This document shows positions 35,110 through 42,425 of a stretch of 64,000 bases of DNA, one piece after another. Origin of the DNA: a virus; the IMG/VR virus record IMGVR_UViG_3300028844_005639; one strand, written 5' to 3'. Positions within the stretch are counted from its first letter, which is position 1. Each line of letters begins with the position of its first letter. The notes below the pieces were generated by a model. That model made no database searches. It worked only from the letters and a program-made list of their open reading frames with translations, and was not told the DNA's origin. Position numbers and translations under genes: made by a program.

Positions 35110-35781
35110 CTACCAGTCATCCTCGTCATCTTCTCCAATGACGGCAGGTGCTTTGGTAGCGGGTTCTGCTTCTTCTTCTTCTTCCGCTTCGTTTTCCTCC
35201 GTTGCTTGTACAATTGCAGGAGATTCAACTTCAGCTTCTAAAGATTCTGGTTCTAAAACTACTTCCGCTTCAGAAGTTAACTCTTCGACTTCCTCTACAT
35301 CAATATTTGTAGTAGGTACGCCTAAAGTAAGTTTACTTTCTGCAGGTTCTTCAGTTTCTTCAGATACTTCCATAAGCATAAGAGGTACCCAGTTGGCGTC
35401 CAGATCTTCATCGTGCTGGACATTGTCCATAAACTCGAAGTAAGTATCTTTTGACGTGTCAAGTTCTAGCACTTTAGCAATATGGCTAAAACTCTTGCTG
35501 TCCAGGAATGTTCCTTTTTGGCTTAGTTTTAGAACAGCATCGCTGTCTAATCCTTTACCAGAAACATTCACTAGCATTACAAGGTCGCCTTCAAACGAAA
35601 AAGCGATCTGTTGATCTTCCTTCGTGAGGTCAAATTCAAGGGCATCTAGAGCCTTCGAATTTAGATTAAAGCGCTTTCCAAAGCGTTTACCTTTGTCAAG
35701 CTCCATAGTCATGACTTCAGTATCAGGAAAGAGTTCTTTTGCGCGTGGTTTGCGCTGTTTAGGGATTCCTAAGTTCAACAT
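35110..35781 (-). CDS. hyperacidic protein (223 aa) ending in EDDEDDW
   Basis: The C-terminal ~90 aa are dominated by E/D (EVSEETEEPAESK...ATEENEAEEEEEAEPATKAPAVIGEDDEDDW). Confidence 0.7.
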   Translation of the reverse strand: MLNLGIPKQRKPRAKELFPDTEVMTMELDKGKRFGKRFNLNSKALDALEFDLTKEDQQIAFSFEGDLVMLVNVSGKGLDSDAVLKLSQKGTFLDSKSFSHIAKVLELDTSKDTYFEFMDNVQHDEDLDANWVPLMLMEVSEETEEPAESKLTLGVPTTNIDVEEVEELTSEAEVVLEPESLEAEVESPAIVQATEENEAEEEEEAEPATKAPAVIGEDDEDDW

Positions 35782-35802
35782 GTTGATTAAGTATTTAGGA
35801 AA

Positions 35803-36618
35803 TTAGATATTGAGGGTTTCACGGACTTTGTCAATTACAGTCTGCATGTTGTTCGGAATGAGTGTATCTTCAAACATCTCCATAGAACGTGCATTGTATT
35901 GTCCCCAACGACGGGTAACAAACTTGTAACTATCTGGTCCGTATTCACCGTCTTCATTCGGATCGACGTGTGTACACAACATCACATCGTAGTAACTATC
36001 AGGTAAGAATTTTTCTTCAAGCATTTTACCAAGAGGTACCAGGATCTTATACGTATCAGTGTTGGTATCCATTACTTGGTGAAATTCAGTTATGATAACA
36101 AGATCGTCTCGTAACGTATCAGTGTGCAAGAAAAAAGCCCGAAGTGCATCTGCTGCAAGGTCGTAAAAACGTGAATACGCTTTATTACCAACAGCTGAGT
36201 CCATGAATTCCTTACTTACTGAAATCTTAGAGATATAGTGAGTAAAGTCAGGCATAAACACATTTTTGATTTCAGGCATGTGTTCAGAAATGATAGATAG
36301 GTAAATAGGAAGCTGCCGGATATGGTCTACAAGAGCCCAGTTTCCAGAGTATTTAGCTTCTTTACGTTTGTTCATGAGGTTCAGGAATACAGAATAACGA
36401 TTCGTTACTCCCATCGCCTCCATGAGTGCTTCAGTGTTAGGACTATTCTGAGTCCTAGCGTCTAAAAGTTGGTTTAGTTCCTTTCCATTTTCATCCTGCA
36501 GATAAAGTCGCTTTTTACTCGGTGAGAGTACGAAGTTTTCTTCACCTTTACGCATGAACGAACGGGAGAAAGATTTGCCCGTGTTGTAACCGCCGGTTAC
36601 ACCTATTCGGTAAGCCAT
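35803..36618 (-). CDS. P-loop NTPase of unknown family
   Basis: Walker A GVTGGYNTGKSFS and a Walker-B-like DLVIITEF. Confidence 0.6.
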   Translation of the reverse strand: MAYRIGVTGGYNTGKSFSRSFMRKGEENFVLSPSKKRLYLQDENGKELNQLLDARTQNSPNTEALMEAMGVTNRYSVFLNLMNKRKEAKYSGNWALVDHIRQLPIYLSIISEHMPEIKNVFMPDFTHYISKISVSKEFMDSAVGNKAYSRFYDLAADALRAFFLHTDTLRDDLVIITEFHQVMDTNTDTYKILVPLGKMLEEKFLPDSYYDVMLCTHVDPNEDGEYGPDSYKFVTRRWGQYNARSMEMFEDTLIPNNMQTVIDKVRETLNI

Positions 36619-36686
36619 AAAATGATTGTTTTAAATAAGTAAATGATTGGTTCTCTGGTTATTGAGAGCCTGTAAAGATACGATTA

Positions 36687-36809
36687 CTATTCGACTTGAG
36701 CAAGAGTATCGTCAATAAAAGAGTCTATAAGTTCAGTTCTTTTTTCTAAGAAATCTGGCTCTCCTCCAAATTTTTTTGAAGAAGATACTGCGTGATAATA
36801 AGGTGTCAT
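36687..36809 (-). CDS. small hypothetical protein (40 aa), below the ORF-track size cutoff
   Basis: ATG at 36809-36807 overlaps the TGA of the upstream gene (ATGA). Translation: MTPYYHAVSSSKKFGGEPDFLEKRTELIDSFIDDTLAQVE. Confidence 0.35.
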   Translation of the reverse strand: MTPYYHAVSSSKKFGGEPDFLEKRTELIDSFIDDTLAQVE

Positions 36810-37033
36810 TGTATATAAATTTCAGCCCATCCTTTTTCTCCTTGTTCAGCATTAGCATTTAACCCTTCAGCTTTTAAATCTGATTCAAGTTGTTCTGCAG
36901 CTTCCCAAAGTTTTGGTTCTGGTACTTGATCATGTTCATCGTCAAAGTATGTAGCACCTTTACATTCATAACGTGTAGTATCTTCATCTACTACTAATTC
37001 GAAAGTGAATCCGTCAATAGTTCTATTTTTCAT
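36806..37033 (-). CDS. hypothetical protein (75 aa)
   Basis: ORF with a 4-nt overlap with the ThyX-like gene. Confidence 0.6.
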   Translation of the reverse strand: MKNRTIDGFTFELVVDEDTTRYECKGATYFDDEHDQVPEPKLWEAAEQLESDLKAEGLNANAEQGEKGWAEIYIQ

Positions 37034-38118
37034 GATTCTACAATTTCTCGATATTGAATAAATCCTTTGAAGTTTCTGCTATAACCTCCATATGCGTTAG
37101 GATAAAAATCTGCATGGGTCATAGTTTTAGCACAATGTTCGAAAGGACTAGCATGCCCATTCTTAGCTAGACGGTCATGTAACTTTAGGTCAGCTTCATA
37201 ATCATCTTTTCCTTCGAAGTTATTGTAACTTATTCGCGCGCAACGGGCTGTAGCAATTTTTATTTTAGCTTCAGTCGTAAGAGGATGTTCCTTTCTTTCA
37301 AAAGAGTTGTGAGTTATTTCTACAAAGCGAGGGTCTTTATGGACGATTTTATCTTCAATATCCGCTATTGAAAACTTATCACCAAAAGGAATATGCCATT
37401 CTCCAGCTTTCAATAGTGTAGGCTTGTTTTCATTGTACAAGTCCCACATCTTTTCTGCCAGCATAGAGATATGAATTTCTGCTCCCCCTGTATTAGCTTT
37501 CAATTTAAACAATAGCTCTGTTTCATGTTCCATAGAAGCTGTAATAAGGGGAGAAGTGCCTGCTTCAATTTCATATTGTACATAGTCTTGCCAACTACGA
37601 AATTGACTAAAATATTGAGGACACCTTAACTTGAAGAAGTTCTCGTATTCTGTAGCTGTTACGATAACCGTATGCCACATGAAAGGTTCGAGAAGTCTGT
37701 TACAAAGTTGTTTGGTTACTCCGTGAGTATTTAAAGAGAATGCTGTATTTACAGCTTTGTCTCTAGCCATAAGCCAAGCTGTTTTAGCTGTATCATGGTC
37801 ACTTCTAAACTTAAGTATTCCAGATTTTTTCTCATTGTCGGGAGTCAAATACTCAGTACCTTGCATACCCTTATGGTCTTTCTGAAAAGCGATAGGTATA
37901 AAAGGATGATTCTGTACTTTATCAAGCATCTTTTCAAATGGAATAGCCCTAGAGCTTGCAGAGTTTCTGCTGAACATTCTATGCGTATTAAACTCTGCGA
38001 GTACGATACGTGGAAATGTTACAACGAACGTAATGATTCTATCACCCTGTTCGTTCTTGGAATCAGCTACTATCGTAGCATCGATTCCATTATAGTTGTG
38101 ATCTTTCAACGATTTCAT
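37030..38118 (-). CDS. ThyX-family (flavin-dependent thymidylate synthase-like) protein with a divergent signature and rearranged segment order
   Basis: IITFVVTFPRIVLAEFNTHRMFSRNSASSRA resembles the ThyX strand plus RHRxxSxxxxSxRY. NRLLEPFMWHTVIVTATEYENFFKLR resembles ARxxLP...T.N.R...HF..LR. ARCARISYNNF...NGHASPFEH lies near the C-terminus. Confidence 0.65.
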   Translation of the reverse strand: MKSLKDHNYNGIDATIVADSKNEQGDRIITFVVTFPRIVLAEFNTHRMFSRNSASSRAIPFEKMLDKVQNHPFIPIAFQKDHKGMQGTEYLTPDNEKKSGILKFRSDHDTAKTAWLMARDKAVNTAFSLNTHGVTKQLCNRLLEPFMWHTVIVTATEYENFFKLRCPQYFSQFRSWQDYVQYEIEAGTSPLITASMEHETELLFKLKANTGGAEIHISMLAEKMWDLYNENKPTLLKAGEWHIPFGDKFSIADIEDKIVHKDPRFVEITHNSFERKEHPLTTEAKIKIATARCARISYNNFEGKDDYEADLKLHDRLAKNGHASPFEHCAKTMTHADFYPNAYGGYSRNFKGFIQYREIVES

Positions 38119-38368
38119 AGTCTTCTAAAATTTTAATAAACCGACCGGTCCAGTTTTCGTTAAACCAAAGCTTATCTACAATCATAGTATTCTCACCGGA
38201 GGCAAAAAATTCGACTTTACAGCCGTCTCCTAGGTAGCGCTCTAACAATTCAAGCTTAATAGTGCCTTGACCATCGTTTCGAGCGCTGCCAGTTCTACGA
38301 TAGATATGGTAGCTTTTTTCGTATTTGTAGGTTGATTTAAAAATCACTCCTTTTTTAGGCGGTTTCAT
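38090..38368 (-). CDS. hypothetical protein (92 aa)
   Basis: ORF between the helicase and ThyX-like genes, overlapping both slightly. Confidence 0.55.
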   Translation of the reverse strand: MKPPKKGVIFKSTYKYEKSYHIYRRTGSARNDGQGTIKLELLERYLGDGCKVEFFASGENTMIVDKLWFNENWTGRFIKILEDYEIVERSQL

Positions 38369-39459
38369 ACTCTTAAGTTTTCGTATTCACGTTTGCGATT
38401 CATCACTCTGTCCCAAAGAGTATGATCCTGTTCTATTTCTTCAGGAGTAGGAAGCTCTTTAAAGTAACCAGTGGCTCCTTGAAAAAAGAGACCTGTAGCC
38501 AAGCTATCACGTCCGTCTCTATTCTTCAAAATATGAAGCGATCGATAATATTCCTCGATAGCACTATCTCCCATGATTTTGTATCCACGATGCTTATCTA
38601 AACCATACTTGTATGGGTAGAATAATGCCATCACAGTATCTGCATCCTCTTGTGAATTACCCGTTTCTTTGAAATCAGACAGCTGAGGTTCTAATTGATT
38701 CTCTCGACGTCTGTCCATACCTTCAATAGAGCGGTTAAATTGTGATAATGGTACCGGGGAAAGCCCGAAGTTGTTTCTAAAAAATACTAACATACGACTA
38801 GTACGATCGATAATTCCTTTTTGAGAACTGTCTCCTTTGTTTCCTGTAAGTAGTCCCAAGTGGTCAATGATACAAACTGTAATCAGTTTAGGATTATGCG
38901 GGATATATTTGTCTAGGATTTTTTCTTTCTGGTTTTTCCATACTACTGAACCTCGCTTTTCGAAATACTCTAAAAGCACTTTATACATGTAGTTTGGACT
39001 AGCCGCTGTGTGAAAAAAGATTTTGTTGTCAATAAGGTTTTCAAACCGGTCTTCGTAATCGTCGATAAGACTCTCAATTTGTGGATTGATATTCAAGTTA
39101 CCCATAGAGTAGATCTCATTGTAACTTGACAGCATTTTATGCTCTTCATAAATAAGAGTACTCAACAGCTTAGCGATTTTTCTTTCTGGAGCAATCTCTA
39201 GTGAAAAGTAAATGATTTCGAGATCAAAAAACGGATCGGGATCATTCATAATATGCTGTAATGGTCTCATCACGTAGTTTGTATCTACGAATGCTGACTT
39301 ACCCGTACCAGGAGCTCCACCAATAAGGTCATAACGACCTTTTTGAATGTTGCACAGTAAGTTAGACACTTTAGGTAATCCCATAGGGATGCCTCTAAAA
39401 TGTCCTTCCTTACCTAGTCGGATATTTTCTTTTACTTTTTGCCAAAGACTTTGTGCCAT
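38365..39459 (-). CDS. DnaB/T7 gp4-like replicative helicase (RecA-fold ATPase domain)
   Basis: Walker A LIGGAPGTGKSAFVD, Walker B VCIIDHLGLL, and a later LSQFNR...E pattern typical of DnaB_C. Confidence 0.65.
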   Translation of the reverse strand: MAQSLWQKVKENIRLGKEGHFRGIPMGLPKVSNLLCNIQKGRYDLIGGAPGTGKSAFVDTNYVMRPLQHIMNDPDPFFDLEIIYFSLEIAPERKIAKLLSTLIYEEHKMLSSYNEIYSMGNLNINPQIESLIDDYEDRFENLIDNKIFFHTAASPNYMYKVLLEYFEKRGSVVWKNQKEKILDKYIPHNPKLITVCIIDHLGLLTGNKGDSSQKGIIDRTSRMLVFFRNNFGLSPVPLSQFNRSIEGMDRRRENQLEPQLSDFKETGNSQEDADTVMALFYPYKYGLDKHRGYKIMGDSAIEEYYRSLHILKNRDGRDSLATGLFFQGATGYFKELPTPEEIEQDHTLWDRVMNRKREYENLRV

Positions 39460-40007
39460 TAGAATTGTTTTACGTTAGTAGTGTGAGTAGCGTCATCGTC
39501 GACGTACTGTTCCCACATACAATTATTGATTATTCTTTCTGGATTCGGTAAGAACTGCATGCTGTTACGACGGCGATGATTTGCTATCATGTTTTCCGTG
39601 CCTTTTACAGCATCTGCATGCTCTTCGCCGGTAGTTACTTTAAGCTCATACTTATGTTTAAGTTTATTGTACATCGTCGTACTTGCTGCCTTTGTTCGAA
39701 AGACGCGAGTTCCTACTCTAGGTGGAATCAAAATCCACCATTCATCGAAATTTATTCCAGATTTACTTAGCCCCATCAATTTGCGAGCTTTAGCACCTAG
39801 TACAGTTTCTTTGAATCTCAGTCCAGATTTACTGAGGATAAAATCAGTATTATCTTTGATACGATTTCTCATAGCTAATGCTCCTGGCCGTGTAAATAGC
39901 TTTTCAATAAGTTTCCATTCTTTGTGATACATCAACCAGAGTAATACATACTCGTCTGTTGAGATACTAGCATTATGGCACTTATGTAAATCTACTTCGA
40001 CTTTCAT
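39459..40007 (-). CDS. hypothetical protein (182 aa)
   Basis: ORF tightly packed between neighbouring genes. Confidence 0.6.
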   Translation of the reverse strand: MKVEVDLHKCHNASISTDEYVLLWLMYHKEWKLIEKLFTRPGALAMRNRIKDNTDFILSKSGLRFKETVLGAKARKLMGLSKSGINFDEWWILIPPRVGTRVFRTKAASTTMYNKLKHKYELKVTTGEEHADAVKGTENMIANHRRRNSMQFLPNPERIINNCMWEQYVDDDATHTTNVKQF

Positions 40008-40252
40008 CGATCCTTTAACCTTGGATTAGCTTTAGATTCTTTCAAAGCTGCTAACCAACGGGCTTTAGCTTTAACAGGATCTTTTCGCTTACTTACGTAA
40101 ATCCAAGTACGGTCATCGATTTCGATTTTCTGCAACTTGTTTAAGTCCGGAGATACTTCTTTGCAAAAGGCCAATAAAGCCCCCCGTTCTGCTTTTAGAT
40201 TTATTCCACTTATGTAGCCACCTTTTGGTTTCGCTATTCGTTTTCTTGGCAT
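40004..40252 (-). CDS. hypothetical basic protein (82 aa)
   Basis: ORF with a 4-nt overlap with the next gene. Lys/Arg-rich. Confidence 0.6.
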   Translation of the reverse strand: MPRKRIAKPKGGYISGINLKAERGALLAFCKEVSPDLNKLQKIEIDDRTWIYVSKRKDPVKAKARWLAALKESKANPRLKDR

Positions 40253-40334
40253 CCTAATTTGTATTACATTTGTACCACTTCCTTATTCTTAGGTTTTCTA
40301 GCTTCTGGGGATCGCATCCTGCGGTCCCTTTCTT

Positions 40335-41567
40335 TTACTTAAAGTGTTCAAAAAAGTCTTCCAAACTATCTACCCAGATACTTTGAATGTCTTTATCTCG
40401 CTTCTCTAACCAGCTAACTTCCTGCGTATTAGGAGTGTACAGATTAACTATAATCGCTTGTTTACCTTCTTGAGCCCGAATAATTCGGCCACGGCGCTGT
40501 GTACTTACAAGCTTTGTTGAATCACCAGCTACAACTATTCCTAAACTGACTTCCGGCACATCTAATCCAGCATTAACTGCTTTTACAGATGATACCACTC
40601 TTTTCTTAGTTCTCTTGTCTTTGAATACACGTAGAGCTTCTCTTTGAGCTTTTAGTCCTTTAAGAATTACTGGCTTCCCTTTTTTATTAACTCCCGAGCA
40701 TTCTACTTTACTGTGTAAAGTGACACAAATGTCTCCTAATTCATTTTGAATAGCATCCGCAAAGTCTGTAGTTTGGCAGAAGGTCAAAGCCATACGATCA
40801 TCAAAAAATCGTACAATTTCTCCTACCGCTTCAACTTTACGAGGATTATTCATGCATAAGTTCTTACGTTTACCGATAGCAGCGTAATACCTAGCAGCAA
40901 GTCCACGTTTTGCAGGATCACTACTTCTAGCATACAGCTGAGCTGTTTGAAACGCTTGTCCTCCGTACCCTAACTTTGCAGAAAGGTGACGTACGTAGTT
41001 ATTCGCTTTTTGATAGGCTTTTTCTTCCTCAGTATCAAAATTAATAGGAATGTTATAGACAGTAAAATCTGACACCCAGCCATTTTCTAAGCACTCGTCA
41101 ATAAGCACTTGGTCAATAACTGGACAAAAATCTTCAATCATTATTTCTCGACCGTCCGCTCGATTAACTGTAGCGGTCAATCCTATACGGTATTTGTGGG
41201 GAATTTGTGCTGCATAAGCGAACGTGTCTGCAGGTAGAGTATGAATCTCATCATAAACCACTAAGTCCGCAGACAATTCTTGGTAATTCTTCGCAGCAGT
41301 ATTGATCACAAAGACCTCAACATTAGGAAGTTTCCAAAGCTTATGGTGAATCCAAGATTCCCATTGAGTCTTCAAAGCCCTAGTAGGAACTACTACAATT
41401 GTATTAGTAGCAAAACCGCGTTCGTACATTCCTCGAATAGCCATTAAGGCTGCCCAAGTTTTACCGAAACCAGTAGCGGCTTCTAAAGTACCTACACAAT
41501 CATTCTGGAACCATTTGCGGCAAAACACTCGTTGCCTTTCTGTTTTTGTTTCGAAATTCATGTGCAA
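40335..41567 (-). CDS. superfamily 2 (DEAH-type) DNA helicase
   Basis: Motif I EAATGFGKTWAAL, motif II LVVYDEIHTL, motif III GLTATVNR, motif VI QRRGRIIR. Confidence 0.8.
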   Translation of the reverse strand: MHMNFETKTERQRVFCRKWFQNDCVGTLEAATGFGKTWAALMAIRGMYERGFATNTIVVVPTRALKTQWESWIHHKLWKLPNVEVFVINTAAKNYQELSADLVVYDEIHTLPADTFAYAAQIPHKYRIGLTATVNRADGREIMIEDFCPVIDQVLIDECLENGWVSDFTVYNIPINFDTEEEKAYQKANNYVRHLSAKLGYGGQAFQTAQLYARSSDPAKRGLAARYYAAIGKRKNLCMNNPRKVEAVGEIVRFFDDRMALTFCQTTDFADAIQNELGDICVTLHSKVECSGVNKKGKPVILKGLKAQREALRVFKDKRTKKRVVSSVKAVNAGLDVPEVSLGIVVAGDSTKLVSTQRRGRIIRAQEGKQAIIVNLYTPNTQEVSWLEKRDKDIQSIWVDSLEDFFEHFK

Positions 41568-41757
41568 TAGGTATTAGGACTTTTGTAGAATATGACTTGT
41601 TACCAATTTGGTAACACATGTAATACTCTTTAAGGTTTTCTTTGGCCAAACTATCCATACGGTGTTTGAAAAGGGTTAAATCATCTACCACTAGAGGCGT
41701 AGGGGACATACATCCCCCAGCCAATAGAGCTATAATTAAAATAGTAATCTTATGCAT
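41500..41757 (-). CDS. small predicted lipoprotein (85 aa)
   Basis: MHKITILIIALLAGGC is a signal peptide with a lipobox. Its 3' end overlaps the helicase start by ~65 nt. Confidence 0.45.
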   Translation of the reverse strand: MHKITILIIALLAGGCMSPTPLVVDDLTLFKHRMDSLAKENLKEYYMCYQIGNKSYSTKVLIPIAHEFRNKNRKATSVLPQMVPE

Positions 41758-42424
41758 CAGTTATTTGATCGCTTTGGTGCTCACGTATACGCTTTTCAAG
41801 CTGACGTGGTGGAATAAACTCCACTACAGTAACTCGAAAGTACGGCACTAATTCTTCAATTACGAGGGGTTCTACTTCTTCCCATGTAGCGCCGCCAATA
41901 CCGCAGCCGATTAATGGTATTCCTAGTCTAAAATCGTTTCCGCCCCATTCGGTCGCAAATTTACGAAAACTTAGTCTACAAGCATCTACATCAAATGTAG
42001 CTCCTGGAGTAGTTTGTGTGTAGAAATTAATTACCCCACATAAATCAACAAGTTTTGTCTGCCTTTCAACCATCATAGATAGCCAGCAAGAATAGTTTCC
42101 TAAGCGACGTATCCCAGTTGATATAGGATAATCTCGATCAGCTTCGTAAGCTCTCGGAAAAGCTTCTTTAACAGCAAGTGCTATTCCAGCACCCATGACA
42201 TTTTGGCAGTTAGCTCCGTGGCCTATAAAATCAAATTCGCCTTTTAAAGCAAGTTCGATGAGGTCACCTTGTACGGTATTATAACTCATGATTTTTGAGA
42301 GGTTAAGTGTTTCTGCTGCGTTTTCTTTTTTACGAAAGGAGTGGCGTAATTCAAAGAGTATAATCCCCCCAAACATAGCAGAAAGTGATAAGACGATTAT
42401 AACGTCAATTATTGATAGTTCCAT
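41750..42424 (-). CDS. membrane-anchored macrodomain protein (TARG1/OARD1/DarG-like)
   Basis: GDLIELALKGEFDFIGHGANCQNVMGAGIALAVKEAFP and FRLGIPLIGCGIGGATWEEVEPLVIEEL align with TARG1 GDLF...[24 protein letters not shown] and [26 protein letters not shown]. N-terminal TM helix IIDVIIVLSLSAMFGGIILF. Start taken at MELSII (ATG 42424), directly after the polA stop. Confidence 0.7.
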   Translation of the reverse strand: MELSIIDVIIVLSLSAMFGGIILFELRHSFRKKENAAETLNLSKIMSYNTVQGDLIELALKGEFDFIGHGANCQNVMGAGIALAVKEAFPRAYEADRDYPISTGIRRLGNYSCWLSMMVERQTKLVDLCGVINFYTQTTPGATFDVDACRLSFRKFATEWGGNDFRLGIPLIGCGIGGATWEEVEPLVIEELVPYFRVTVVEFIPPRQLEKRIREHQSDQITDA

Positions 42425-42425
42425 G

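Noticed and set aside
40296-40330. Hairpin GGGATCGC-ATCCT-GCGGTCCC plus TTTCTTTT as a terminator for the helicase gene
   Set aside because: The T run is on the plus strand, whereas the flanking genes are on the minus strand. On the minus strand the hairpin has no U tract. It may be a plus-strand insulator or an RNA-processing site, but I cannot support a call.
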